NCBI GenBank assembly: GCA_035275265.1
Contig: DATENC010000004.1
Coordinates: 75,843-139,842, forward strand
Source: Burkholderiales bacterium
Lineage (GTDB): Bacteria; Pseudomonadota; Gammaproteobacteria; Burkholderiales; JACQAP01
Length of the DNA stretch: 64,000 nt
Direction of reading: 5' to 3'
The notes beneath the pieces are model-generated. The model saw only the letters and a list, made by a program, of their open reading frames with translations, had not been told where the DNA came from and made no database searches. This document shows positions 16,457 through 25,866 of the stretch, piece by piece; within the stretch, counting starts at the first letter, position 1; every line of letters begins with the position of its first letter. The position numbers were made by a program, and so were the translations under genes.

Positions 16457-18097
16457 ATGTATCAACATTACTTTGGCCTTGCCGGAGCGCCGTTCTCCAT
16501 CGCCCCGGACCCGCGCTATCTTTACCTGAGCCAGCGTCACCAGGAGGCCCTGGCGCATTTGCGCTATGGCGTGCAAGGGGATGGCGGGTTCGTGCTACTC
16601 ACGGGCGAGGTCGGAGCGGGCAAGACCACGGTATGCCGCTGCCTTCTGCAGCAGATTCCAGCGAACTGCGATGTGGCCTATATCTTCAATCCCAAGCTCA
16701 CGGTCGGAGAGTTGCTCACGAGCATCTGCGTCGAATTCGACATCGCGGTCCCACCCGGCAATGTCAGCGTCAAGGTGTTCGTGGATTGCATCAACGCTTT
16801 TCTGCTCGACGCCCATGCCAGGGACAGGCATACGGTGCTGATCATCGACGAGGCACAGCACCTTTCGCCCGTCGTGCTGGAGCAGATGCGCCTGCTTACC
16901 AATCTGGAAACGAACGAACGCAAGCTGCTGCAAATTATCCTGCTCGGCCAGCCCGAACTGGCGCTGATGCTGGAGCGCCCGGAGCTGCGGCAGGTCAGCC
17001 AGCGCATCGTCGCACGCTATCACCTGGGGCCGCTGACCAGGCGGGAAGTCGCAGCCTATGTCCGGCATCGGCTCGAGATATCGGGCGCTCAGCGGCAGCT
17101 GTTTCCCTCGGCCTTGATGGACCGCGTGCACCGCTTGAGCGGCGGCGTTCCCCGGGTCATCAACATGCTGTGCGACCGCGCGCTGCTAGGTACCTTTGTG
17201 CAAGGCAAGGAGCGGGTGGATCGCGCGACACTCGCGCAAGCAGCGCGCGAGGTATTTCACCAGGCCCCGCGCCGCAGCCTGATGGCACCTTTGCTGATCA
17301 TTCTGATCCTTGCGCTTGCCGGCGCGCTGGCGGCGGCGATTTATCGACTCGAACTGCGTGAATCTGCGATAACCACGGCGCCCTTGCCCGTGGCAAAACC
17401 CGCTGTCCAGACAGTTGTCGCGGTACCAGCCAAAGAGCCTCAGGTCAAAGAAGTCGAACCGGCAACGCCGTTGGCGGATAAGGTGGAATGGCCGGCGGAT
17501 CAACCGCGCGCGCGTAGTGAGGAGCTGGCTTACGCCGCGTTGTTCCGGGCATGGGGTGCGGTGTACGAAGGGGTGGACGCCTGCAAGCAGGGTGAACCCC
17601 TGGGACTACGCTGTCGCAGCGCCCGCGGCGGATTGGATGAATTGCGTCAATTGAACCGGCCCGCGGCACTCGTGATGCGAGACGAACATGGTCGGAATTT
17701 CCACGCCGCTCTGATCGCGCTTGACGACAAGTCCGCCACATTCGTTGTCGGGAGCGAAACCAGGACAGTCGCGCTTGGCGCCCTGGCAACGCAATGGGCC
17801 GGGCAGTACATGTTGCTGTGGCGCATGCCGCCGGATGCGCACGAGAATATCCGCTTAGGCGAGCGCGGACCGGCCGTGCAATGGTTGATCAAGCAGCTCG
17901 CGCAGGCGCACGGACAGGTTGCAGATACCGGCAAGGCGCCACTTTTCGATGATGCTGTGGAGCGTCAGGTGAAACAGTTTCAACTCGCCCAGGGATTGAT
18001 TCCGGACGGTCTCGTCGGCCTCCAGACTTTGATCCGTCTCGCCGCGGTGGGGGATCGATTGGCGCCGGAACTTCAGCCTCGGCAAGGATGGCAATAG
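16457..18097 (+). CDS. gspA: ExeA/GspA-like AAA ATPase with a C-terminal peptidoglycan-binding domain
   Basis: MYQHYFGL..PF N-terminus, Walker A GEVGAGKT, IIDEAQ Walker B, a TM segment, and a C-terminal PG_binding_1-like VKQFQLAQGLIPDGLVG. Confidence 0.8.
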   Translation: MYQHYFGLAGAPFSIAPDPRYLYLSQRHQEALAHLRYGVQGDGGFVLLTGEVGAGKTTVCRCLLQQIPANCDVAYIFNPKLTVGELLTSICVEFDIAVPPGNVSVKVFVDCINAFLLDAHARDRHTVLIIDEAQHLSPVVLEQMRLLTNLETNERKLLQIILLGQPELALMLERPELRQVSQRIVARYHLGPLTRREVAAYVRHRLEISGAQRQLFPSALMDRVHRLSGGVPRVINMLCDRALLGTFVQGKERVDRATLAQAAREVFHQAPRRSLMAPLLIILILALAGALAAAIYRLELRESAITTAPLPVAKPAVQTVVAVPAKEPQVKEVEPATPLADKVEWPADQPRARSEELAYAALFRAWGAVYEGVDACKQGEPLGLRCRSARGGLDELRQLNRPAALVMRDEHGRNFHAALIALDDKSATFVVGSETRTVALGALATQWAGQYMLLWRMPPDAHENIRLGERGPAVQWLIKQLAQAHGQVADTGKAPLFDDAVERQVKQFQLAQGLIPDGLVGLQTLIRLAAVGDRLAPELQPRQGWQ

Positions 18098-18099
18098 AC

Positions 18100-18885
18100 A
18101 TGTCCTATATCCTCGACGCTTTGCGGAAATCCGACCAACAGCGCCAGCGCGGTGCGGCACCGACCTTGCTTGCGGTGCAGACTGCGGCGATAGCGCCCAA
18201 ACAGCCCGCGTTGCTAACTTACGGCTTGCTCGCGGTTGTCCTGGTCGGTGCTGGCGTGGTGATCGGCTGGCTGCGCCCGTGGCAAACCCAGCAAGCGGTT
18301 CCTCATACTCCGGTAGCAGTTATCGTGAAGCCGCTCGAATCGATCCCGCGCGTACAGGGGCCCGCGCCATCTGTAGTCGCGCCGCGGCCGCCGTCCCCGG
18401 AGTTGCAGGCAGCGCAAACAGAGTCCGCACCTTCTGAAACGGCGCCGCAGTCCAAGGACACGACGCAGCCCGCAGAAACGGCCGCCGCCGGATCTGGAAA
18501 AGCGCCGCCGGCGAAGGCGAAACCGCTCGCGCGCGCTAAACCGGAAATGGATGGTCCACCGCGCGAAACTGCTGCGACCGCGCCTGAGAAAGCGGCGGCA
18601 CCTGCGCCACAGCGGTCTGCTGACATTGCGGCGTCCGATGCCACCAGCGGACCACCGGTGATATCGATGGCAGAACTGCCACCCCAGGTCCGCGAGGCGC
18701 TTCCCGTAATGACGATTTCGGTTCATGGTTATTCCGACAACCCCGAAGGGCGTCTGGTCGGAATCAACTACCGGATACTTCGTGAAGGTGATTCCGTGGT
18801 CCCCGGTCTCGAGCTGCAGCAGATCACGCCCGATGGCATGATTTTCAGCTTCAAGGGATTTAGATTCCGTCGCGGAGTGAAGTGA
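18100..18885 (+). CDS. gspB: GspB/ExeB-like general secretion pathway protein B
   Basis: MSYILDALRKSDQQRQ N-terminus typical of GspB, one TM segment, and a Pro/Ala-rich linker. Starts 3 nt after the exeA-like stop. Confidence 0.6.
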   Translation: MSYILDALRKSDQQRQRGAAPTLLAVQTAAIAPKQPALLTYGLLAVVLVGAGVVIGWLRPWQTQQAVPHTPVAVIVKPLESIPRVQGPAPSVVAPRPPSPELQAAQTESAPSETAPQSKDTTQPAETAAAGSGKAPPAKAKPLARAKPEMDGPPRETAATAPEKAAAPAPQRSADIAASDATSGPPVISMAELPPQVREALPVMTISVHGYSDNPEGRLVGINYRILREGDSVVPGLELQQITPDGMIFSFKGFRFRRGVK

Positions 18886-19030
18886 AAAGGACAGGGGAGA
18901 GGGACGAGGGGTCACCCTTCACTCATTTATAGTCGAAGGCCGGTTATGGTCGAAGGCCGGTATCCCCTTGTGGGAATCCCCTTGCGGGGCACCCGCACAT
19001 GCACCCGGAGGGTGTCACGCCTTCACTTCT
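18876..19030. repeat. mosaic word-repeat locus R11 (forward E block x2 units + D motif)
   Basis: 18932-18992 is a perfect 61-nt reverse complement of 5141-5201. D motif at 18996-19018. Starts at the gspB-like TGA stop. Confidence 0.95.
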
Positions 19031-19039
19031 TGTGGTTCG

Positions 19040-20170
19040 CTAGATGATGCTGGCGGTTGCGATGGAGAGAGCCAAGCTGCTCCGCGCCACTGGCGTGCCG
19101 ACCGGGGTCAATGCGCCGGTTGCCGGATCCACACTATAGGTCTGGATGCTGCCTGCACCGATGTACGCGAACTTGCCGCTCGGGTCGAAGACGAACGGTC
19201 CGAGGTCGGACGGTGGCGCGGATGCACCGGCCGGGACCAAGGCGCCGCTGGCAGCATCGACGCGGTAAATCGAGACGGCCGCAGAACTCGCCACATAGAC
19301 GAAATTGCCACCGGGATGAACGGCTACCACGCCGGATGGAACAGGAGTGCCGACTGGGGTCAACGTTCCCGATGCGGGATCGAGCCCGTAGGCGATAACC
19401 TCGCTCGTCGTTTCGACATACGCAAACATGCCGCTCGGATGTGCTTGGACCCTGAACATGTTCACTTGAACTTCCGCGACCCGGCTCAGAGAACCGGTGA
19501 CCGCATCGATGGCGTACGCCGAGAGCGAAGCGGGACTCGCCACGTAGGCGACATTGCCCGCGGGAGGTACGATGATGGAGGTGATGTGCCTCCCAATCAC
19601 GAGCGTGCTCGTCAGGGTCAACTCGCCGGTATCGGGATCAATGCGATAAGTAGCAATCTCCTGCGGTACCTGCGGCGGAGGAAAGGGGACGCTGTCGTGA
19701 GCGTAGTTGATCGCCATATAGAGGAATCTACCGCTCGCGTCCACTGCGATTTTGGCCGCGATGTTGGCGCCCAAGTGCTCGGTCACGCCAAGTAGGGCCA
19801 GGGCGCCGGTGGCCGGATTGATGCGGTAGGCTGAGACGCCGTTCTCGAAGACATTCGTCACATAGGCGAACTTGCCGTCCGGATGAATGTTGACAGTGAC
19901 GGGCCGACTTCTCGCCTCCACGGTCCCCAGTGGGGTCAATTGGCCAGTAGTCATGCTGATGCTGTAGCCCGAGACGGTGGAGGCAAAGTCATCCGCAACA
20001 TAGGCGTAAGCGTGCGCAATGCCCGCCGCAGGCGCCGAAGCCGGTGTTGCGAGTGTCCCGGTATTGTTGCCATTTCCATCTTCGCTGCCACTCCCCCCTC
20101 CGCACCCGGTGAAGACTAGCGGGGCGAACAGCAGCACGGCACGGATGGCTTTCCCGTTGGTGAGGCGCAT
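19040..20170 (-). CDS. lipoprotein, lactonase-like 7-bladed beta-propeller family
   Basis: Lipobox LVFTGC. About 7 repeats of the pattern P.G.F(A/L)YV...S.(V/I)S.Y.ID..TG.L. Confidence 0.6.
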   Translation of the reverse strand: MRLTNGKAIRAVLLFAPLVFTGCGGGSGSEDGNGNNTGTLATPASAPAAGIAHAYAYVADDFASTVSGYSISMTTGQLTPLGTVEARSRPVTVNIHPDGKFAYVTNVFENGVSAYRINPATGALALLGVTEHLGANIAAKIAVDASGRFLYMAINYAHDSVPFPPPQVPQEIATYRIDPDTGELTLTSTLVIGRHITSIIVPPAGNVAYVASPASLSAYAIDAVTGSLSRVAEVQVNMFRVQAHPSGMFAYVETTSEVIAYGLDPASGTLTPVGTPVPSGVVAVHPGGNFVYVASSAAVSIYRVDAASGALVPAGASAPPSDLGPFVFDPSGKFAYIGAGSIQTYSVDPATGALTPVGTPVARSSLALSIATASII

Positions 20171-20499
20171 TTTGGGTTCCTTGTTTCCTGGGGACTAGTG
20201 TGAAGAACCAATAGTTGCGCTCAGCACACTGGGCATAGGTCGTTGGAACTAGGGTGGACGTACTCACGCCCCCCGATGCGGGCCCAGGTGTTCTCTTGAT
20301 CTTTTCCGCTTCTGCAACGGTGCGCTATCGCACCAAGTTCAGGTAGGGGTCGCGTTAAGCGGGATACGGCGCAATTAAAGGCAATGCTTCGGGAAGCGAG
20401 TGCTGATGCGCTTGGGCGATGACGAGTTCGAAGTGCTTTTGCGGGAATTGCTCGGTGCCGACGAGACGAATACCCGGTAGTGACCCGGTGCACTACGAC

Positions 20500-22152
20500 T
20501 CAGGCACTGAGGGTGAAGCCCTCATAGTTCCGGGCGGCGATATCGGTGCAGATCTGCCGGTAATGTGCCATTCCGCCGGCGTAGGGCATGAAGACCCGCG
20601 GCTTGCCAGGTATGTTGGCGCCGAGATACCAGGAGTGTTTGGCCTGAGGCAGCACGGTTGCGTTGGCCGCTGCGTTCACCTTCGTCACCCACTCCTCCAC
20701 GGATTCTTCCGTAGCTTCGATGCGAGTCAATCCTTTCCTTCGCATGTGCGCGATGCAGTCGGTGATCCACTCTACGTGCTGCTCGATGGCAACCGGCATG
20801 TTGCAAAGAACCGATGGACTGCCGGGTCCGGTCACGGTGAACAGATTCGGAAATCCAGCGACCTGCAAACCCAGATAATTGCGCGGCCCCGCCGCCCACG
20901 CTTTCGCCAGCGGCAGGCCCTTGCGCCCGCGAATGTCCATGCGCAGAAGCGAGCCCGTCATGCCGTCGAAGCCGGTGGCGAAGACGATGATGTCCAGCGG
21001 ATGCTCGGCCCCGCTTTTCGTTCGGATTCCGTTCCTGGTGATGCGCTCGATGGGGTCAGCGCGGACATCCACCAGCATCACGTTGTCGCGATTGAACGTC
21101 TCGAAGTAGTCCGTGTCGATCGGCGGCCGCTTCGCGGCGTAGGGATGGTCGATATCGGCAAGTTTCTCCGCGGTCGCCGGATCCTTCACGATCCTGCGGA
21201 TCTTGTCTTTGAGGAATGCGACCGCGGTGGCGTTCGCCTCGTTGCTGGTCACCAGGTCGCGGAAGGTCCCGCGAAATCGAAGTCCGCCGGTCTCCCAGGC
21301 CTTCTCATACAGTGCGAGGCGTTCTTCTGGCGAGACAGCCAGCGCAGATATTTCAGAAATCAGGAAGGGATGACCGTTGACGGCCTTATGCATGGTCGTC
21401 CGGATCTCGCCAGAATTTTCCCTGATCCAGCGCTTGAACTCGGGAGTCAGCGGACCGTTCCGCGCAGGCACGCTGTAGTTCGCGGTGCGCTGGAAGACCG
21501 TCAGGTGCGCGGCGGTCTCTGCGATTACCGGAGCAGACTGGATGCCGGTGGAACCGGTGCCGATCTGTCCGACGCGTTTGCCGCGGAAGTCCACGCCTTC
21601 GTGCGGCCATTGCCCCGTGTGATACCACTTCCCCTGGAATCCATCGAGACCAGGAAAGTCCGGCACATTGGCAGTCGACAGGCAGCCGACAGCCGTGACC
21701 AGGAACTGCGCGGTATACACATCGCCGGCGTCGGTACTCACGCGCCAGCGGTTCGCGCCTTCATCGTAGTGCGCGGAAGTTACGCGTGTATTGAGCCGGA
21801 TATCGCGCTTCAGGTCGAACTTGTCCGCGACATGGTTGAGATAGCGCCGGATTTCCGGCGGACCTGGGTATTTTTCCGACCACTCCCATTCCTGCCAGAG
21901 CTGTTCTGAAAAGGAATAGCAGTACGAGTGGCTTTCCGAATCGCAGCGCGCACCCGGGTATCGGTTCCAGTACCAGGTCCCTCCGATTTCTGCCGCCGCC
22001 TCCAGCACCTGCACCGAGAGTCCAAGCCGATCGCGCAGGCAGAGCAATTGATAGAGGCCGGAAAACCCGGCGCCGACGACCAGTGCGTCGAAGCTGCGTT
22101 CCTGACGGGGACCGCCTTGCCGACCAATTGGGATGTCGCTCATCATTGCCAT
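20500..22152 (-). CDS. Baeyer-Villiger (flavin-containing) monooxygenase
   Basis: GAGFSG FAD motif, GGTWYWNRYPGARCD, BVMO fingerprint FQGKWYHTGQWP, and a second GTGSTG NADP motif. Confidence 0.9.
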   Translation of the reverse strand: MAMMSDIPIGRQGGPRQERSFDALVVGAGFSGLYQLLCLRDRLGLSVQVLEAAAEIGGTWYWNRYPGARCDSESHSYCYSFSEQLWQEWEWSEKYPGPPEIRRYLNHVADKFDLKRDIRLNTRVTSAHYDEGANRWRVSTDAGDVYTAQFLVTAVGCLSTANVPDFPGLDGFQGKWYHTGQWPHEGVDFRGKRVGQIGTGSTGIQSAPVIAETAAHLTVFQRTANYSVPARNGPLTPEFKRWIRENSGEIRTTMHKAVNGHPFLISEISALAVSPEERLALYEKAWETGGLRFRGTFRDLVTSNEANATAVAFLKDKIRRIVKDPATAEKLADIDHPYAAKRPPIDTDYFETFNRDNVMLVDVRADPIERITRNGIRTKSGAEHPLDIIVFATGFDGMTGSLLRMDIRGRKGLPLAKAWAAGPRNYLGLQVAGFPNLFTVTGPGSPSVLCNMPVAIEQHVEWITDCIAHMRRKGLTRIEATEESVEEWVTKVNAAANATVLPQAKHSWYLGANIPGKPRVFMPYAGGMAHYRQICTDIAARNYEGFTLSA

Positions 22153-22376
22153 CCAGGTCCTTTGTTCCACCGCATGCAAATCGAACACATTATCCCGCAA
22201 GCGCATGGCGGCTCAGGCCGCCATGATTGCATACTGCCCGGGTACGGAATTCCCGCACAGGGGGTTGTGACTGGTGAATCCCGGGGCGTTGTCCTTCTTG
22301 CCATACTGGCTCTCCCGTCGGATCATCGCGTATCGGAGCGTGCGGCCGGAGCAAGCTACCCGAGAGACTGAAGCCA

Positions 22377-23855
22377 ATGAAGCGGAAAAGGGATCCCCGT
22401 TCGGACCCGAAAAGGGCCGTTGCCTCGCGTCGGTCCCGCGGCCGAACGCCCGCAATGCGACCCAATGAACGCGCCCAATCCACCATTGAACGGGCCCCGA
22501 TCGGCATCGCGCAAGTGGGCACAGACGACCGGTTCATTTTTGCCAACCGGTGGCTTTGCGATCTTCTCGGCTATGCCGAAGCGGAGCTGCAAGGTCTGCA
22601 TATCGGACAGATTTCGCATCCCGATGACCGCAATGTAGTGAACGCAGAACGCGTGCATCTGTGGTCGGGAAAGATCAATTCATTGCAGGTGGAAAAGCGC
22701 TATCTGCACAAGGACGGATCCACGGTATGGGCTAGAGCGACGATCGCAGTGAAGCGCGCGCCGTCGGGTAAGCCCGAGTACGAGATTGCGGTGTTCGACG
22801 ACATCACCGCTCGCAAGCACGCCGACCAGTTACTGCGGCTCGAGCACGGCGTGACGCGCTGTCTGGCTGACGCCGACAGCGAGGCCGTCGCCTTGCAAAG
22901 CGTGATGGGCGTCCTTTGCGAGAACCAGGGCTGGCCGTTCGCAGAGTACTGGGGGGTGGACGAACAGGCCGGTGTGCTGCGCTTTGGAGGGTTCTGGGCG
23001 AACCTCGGTCCGGAACTGCGCCACCACTTCGAACAGGCCCAGGAGCACGTGTTCGCACCGGGAGTCGGGCTCGCAGGCCGCGTGTGGCAGAGCGGCGAGC
23101 CGATGTGGATCGCCGACATCAGCACCGATTCGCGTATGTTGCGCAAGGAATTGGCGCGGGAAGCCGGACTTCGCGGTGCATTGCTGTTCCCGGTGGTTGC
23201 GGCGGGCAAGACGATGGGTGTGTTCTCGTTCTGGAGCCGGGCCATCCGCGAGCCTGACGAACGGATGCTGCAGGCGCTGCGCGTGGTCGGCAGCCAGATC
23301 GGCCAGTTCCTGCGGCGCAAGCAGGCCGAGGACTACATGCAGTACCTCGCCACGCACGACGGACTTACCCGCCTGCCGAACCGGGTGATGTTCAGCGAGT
23401 TGCTCAATATGGCGATCGAGTCGGCGCGACGCCACAAGCGTACGTTCGCGGTACTGTTCATCGATCTGGACAACTTCAAGACAGTCAACGACACCCTCGG
23501 CCACGGAGCCGGCGATCAGTTGCTGCGCGTGATCGCGGCACGTTTGAAGGCAACGGTGCGCGCGAGCGACGTGGTGGCGCGCTTGGGTGGCGACGAGTTC
23601 GTGGTGCTGCTCCAGGAGCTGTCCCACTCCGAAGAGAGCGGGGAGGTGGCGCGCAAAATTCTTCTCGCCATCACCAAGCCGGTTGAATTGGCGGGACAGG
23701 AAAGGCGGGTTAGCGCCAGCATCGGCATCTCTACTTATCCAGCGGATGCCCAGGACGAGCAGGCCTTGATGAAGATGGCCGACACGGCCATGTATTCAGC
23801 CAAGGAGGAAGGGCGGAACAACTTCCGGTTCTATTCCAGGAACAACCAGCCGTAG
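22377..23855 (+). CDS. PAS-GAF-GGDEF diguanylate cyclase
   Basis: A PAS-like segment, a GAF-like segment, and a GGDEF domain with intact RLGGDEF. The start could instead be 22455. Confidence 0.85.
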   Translation: MKRKRDPRSDPKRAVASRRSRGRTPAMRPNERAQSTIERAPIGIAQVGTDDRFIFANRWLCDLLGYAEAELQGLHIGQISHPDDRNVVNAERVHLWSGKINSLQVEKRYLHKDGSTVWARATIAVKRAPSGKPEYEIAVFDDITARKHADQLLRLEHGVTRCLADADSEAVALQSVMGVLCENQGWPFAEYWGVDEQAGVLRFGGFWANLGPELRHHFEQAQEHVFAPGVGLAGRVWQSGEPMWIADISTDSRMLRKELAREAGLRGALLFPVVAAGKTMGVFSFWSRAIREPDERMLQALRVVGSQIGQFLRRKQAEDYMQYLATHDGLTRLPNRVMFSELLNMAIESARRHKRTFAVLFIDLDNFKTVNDTLGHGAGDQLLRVIAARLKATVRASDVVARLGGDEFVVLLQELSHSEESGEVARKILLAITKPVELAGQERRVSASIGISTYPADAQDEQALMKMADTAMYSAKEEGRNNFRFYSRNNQP

Positions 23856-23924
23856 CCGATCCGTTGTGCTACCCCTTGAAGGGCACGCCGCATCGAGCGT
23901 CAGTACGCGACAGTCGCCTTTGTT

Positions 23925-23980
23925 TTCCCCTCGCCCCTTATGGTCGAAGACCGGTATCCCCTTGCGGGGCATCCCCGCAC
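23925..23980. repeat. mosaic word-repeat locus R12 (C-heptads + forward E block)
   Basis: TTTTCCCCTCGCCCCTTATGGTCGAAGACCGGTATCCCCTTGCGGGGCATCCCCGC. Confidence 0.8.
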
Positions 23981-23985
23981 TTCGC

Positions 23986-25260
23986 CTATTTCATCAATCG
24001 CGGCAGCCACAGGACCAGCTCCGGAACGTAGGCGACCAGCAGGATCACGGCCATCCACGCCGCGATAAAGGGCGCCAGCATGCCCAGCGCCGCGTTGTAG
24101 CTGATCCCCGCAATGCGACTCGCGACCATGGCCAGCACTCCGACCGGCGGCGTCACGGACCCAACTACCAGCAGCATGATGGTGATGATGCCGAAATGCA
24201 CCGGGTCGTATCCGAGGTGGGCGATGAGCGGTCCCATGATCGGCACGACGATGATCAGTGCGGGCACCGGTTCGAGGAAAGTTCCGAGCAGGAAGAAGAA
24301 GGCGATCAGCACGAGCATAGCCAACTTTGGATCGGTTGTGATCGACAGCATGAACTGAAGAGCGGCCTGACCAACGCCGGCACGGCTCAATACCCAACTG
24401 AACAGCGCTGCTCCACCGAGCGTGATCAGCGCGGCTGCCGTCGTCTCCGCTGCCGCGGAGAAATTGCGATACAGCGACACCCGATTGTGTCTGCGGCCGA
24501 TGAGGCCGAACAGCAGCGCATACAGCGCCGCGACCGCGCCGGCTTCGGTCGGCGTGAAAGCGCCGGACAGGATGCCGCCGATGATGATGGCGGGCATGAC
24601 CAACGCAGGCATCGCCCGGCCCGTAGCTGATGCCACCTCGGCGCCGGAAGCACGCGGCGACGGGCCTGCACCGACCCGGGGTGCCATGAACCAGATCAGG
24701 AGCATCATCGACAATCCGGCCAGCACACCCGGAATGACACCGCCGAGAAACAGCGCGCCGATCGACACGCCGGTGACGGAGCCGTAGATCACCGCGATGA
24801 TGCTGGGCGGAATGATGGGAGCCATCATCGCCGCACAGGCGGTCACCGCAACCGCGAAGGCCGGCTTGTAACCCTCTCGTTTCATCGCAGGGATCATTAT
24901 CGAGCCGATAGCGGCGAGGTCGGCCAGAGCGGAACCCGAGATCGCCGCCATAAACATGTTGGTCAGGATGTTGGCCTGGGCAAGCCCGCCGCGCAGATGG
25001 CCGATCAACGCGCGCGACAAACCGACAAGGCGATCGGTGATGCCGGCCACGCTCATCAGCTCGCCGGCGAGAATGAACAGCGGCACCGCAAGCAGCGAGA
25101 AATTGTCGAGGGAATCGTAGAATTGCTGGGCCAGAAGCAGCACGGGAAGTTGACCGTCCACGAGAATGGTCACGATCGCCGCGAGGCCCATGCAATACGC
25201 GATGGGCATGCCCAGCACCATGAACACAAAAAACAGCACCAGCATCAAGCCGATGCTCAC
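23986..25260 (-). CDS. dctM: TRAP transporter large permease subunit
   Basis: 424-aa polytopic protein with the typical DctM N-terminus and length. GTGA overlap with the dctQ stop. Confidence 0.9.
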   Translation of the reverse strand: MSIGLMLVLFFVFMVLGMPIAYCMGLAAIVTILVDGQLPVLLLAQQFYDSLDNFSLLAVPLFILAGELMSVAGITDRLVGLSRALIGHLRGGLAQANILTNMFMAAISGSALADLAAIGSIMIPAMKREGYKPAFAVAVTACAAMMAPIIPPSIIAVIYGSVTGVSIGALFLGGVIPGVLAGLSMMLLIWFMAPRVGAGPSPRASGAEVASATGRAMPALVMPAIIIGGILSGAFTPTEAGAVAALYALLFGLIGRRHNRVSLYRNFSAAAETTAAALITLGGAALFSWVLSRAGVGQAALQFMLSITTDPKLAMLVLIAFFFLLGTFLEPVPALIIVVPIMGPLIAHLGYDPVHFGIITIMLLVVGSVTPPVGVLAMVASRIAGISYNAALGMLAPFIAAWMAVILLVAYVPELVLWLPRLMK

Positions 25261-25802
25261 AGCGTGCGGTCCGTCATTTCATCGGCAGCGGACTGCTCAT
25301 GATTCCAGGTCAGGATCATCAGCAGCGACTCGAGCGCCGCGCCGACGGGAATTGCCAGGTAGACGGTCCATTTCGGCACGTCCAGCACCGGTGACTGCTG
25401 CATCCAAGTACGATCGATGAACTGGATGCCGGCCCAGAGCAAGATCAGGCTGAAGGCGAGCGTGAGCGTGTTGGCCGCCCACACGACAATGCGGCGCCCG
25501 GTCGGCGGCAGCATCAACTCGAGCACTTCGACGCGGATGTGGCCGCGCGAGGCCGCCACCAACGCGGAGCTGAGCATGATCCCCCAGAACATCGCGCCAC
25601 GCACGAGTTCCTCGGCCCAGAACAGGGACTCGTTCAACACGTAACGGAAGAACACTTGCAGCAGGACAAGTACGAAGTAGCTGGCAAGCAGCGCGACCGA
25701 AACCGCGGTCAGCGCTGCTCGAACCCCTCTCCCCCTCTCCCCGACCCTCTCCCGCGAGGGGAGAGGGAGTAACTTCAGAAACGAAAACAAAGTCTGCCCC
25801 AC
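25257..25802 (-). CDS. dctQ: TRAP transporter small permease subunit
   Basis: Four hydrophobic segments and operon position. The only canonical in-frame start is GTG at 25802 without an SD. The first ~27 codons are encoded by an arm of the inverted repeat (LLPLPSRERVGERGRG). Confidence 0.75.
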   Translation of the reverse strand: MGQTLFSFLKLLPLPSRERVGERGRGVRAALTAVSVALLASYFVLVLLQVFFRYVLNESLFWAEELVRGAMFWGIMLSSALVAASRGHIRVEVLELMLPPTGRRIVVWAANTLTLAFSLILLWAGIQFIDRTWMQQSPVLDVPKWTVYLAIPVGAALESLLMILTWNHEQSAADEMTDRTL

Positions 25803-25863
25803 ATGTTCTGGTTTAAGGGCTCCCTCTCCCCTCGCGGGAGAGGGTCGGGGAGAGGGGGAGGGG
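25724..25863. repeat. inverted pair of a different REP-like element flanking the dctQ start
   Basis: Left arm 25724-25769 is CCCCTCTCCCCCTCTCCCCGACCCTCTCCCGCGAGGGGAGAGGGAG. Right arm 25820-25863 is its near-perfect reverse complement. Each arm also holds its own hairpin (CCCTCTCCCGCGAGGGGAGAGGG). Confidence 0.9.
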
Positions 25864-25866
25864 AAC

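Noticed and set aside
20419-21909. 496-aa plus-strand ORF
   Set aside because: It lies entirely antisense to the well-supported Baeyer-Villiger monooxygenase gene. The product is Arg/Gly/Pro-rich and low in complexity, as is typical of high-GC antisense frames.
23900-25195. 431-aa minus-strand ORF overlapping dctM in another frame
   Set aside because: The frame at 23986-25260 gives a typical polytopic DctM. The alternative frame is Arg/Gly-rich with no membrane segments.
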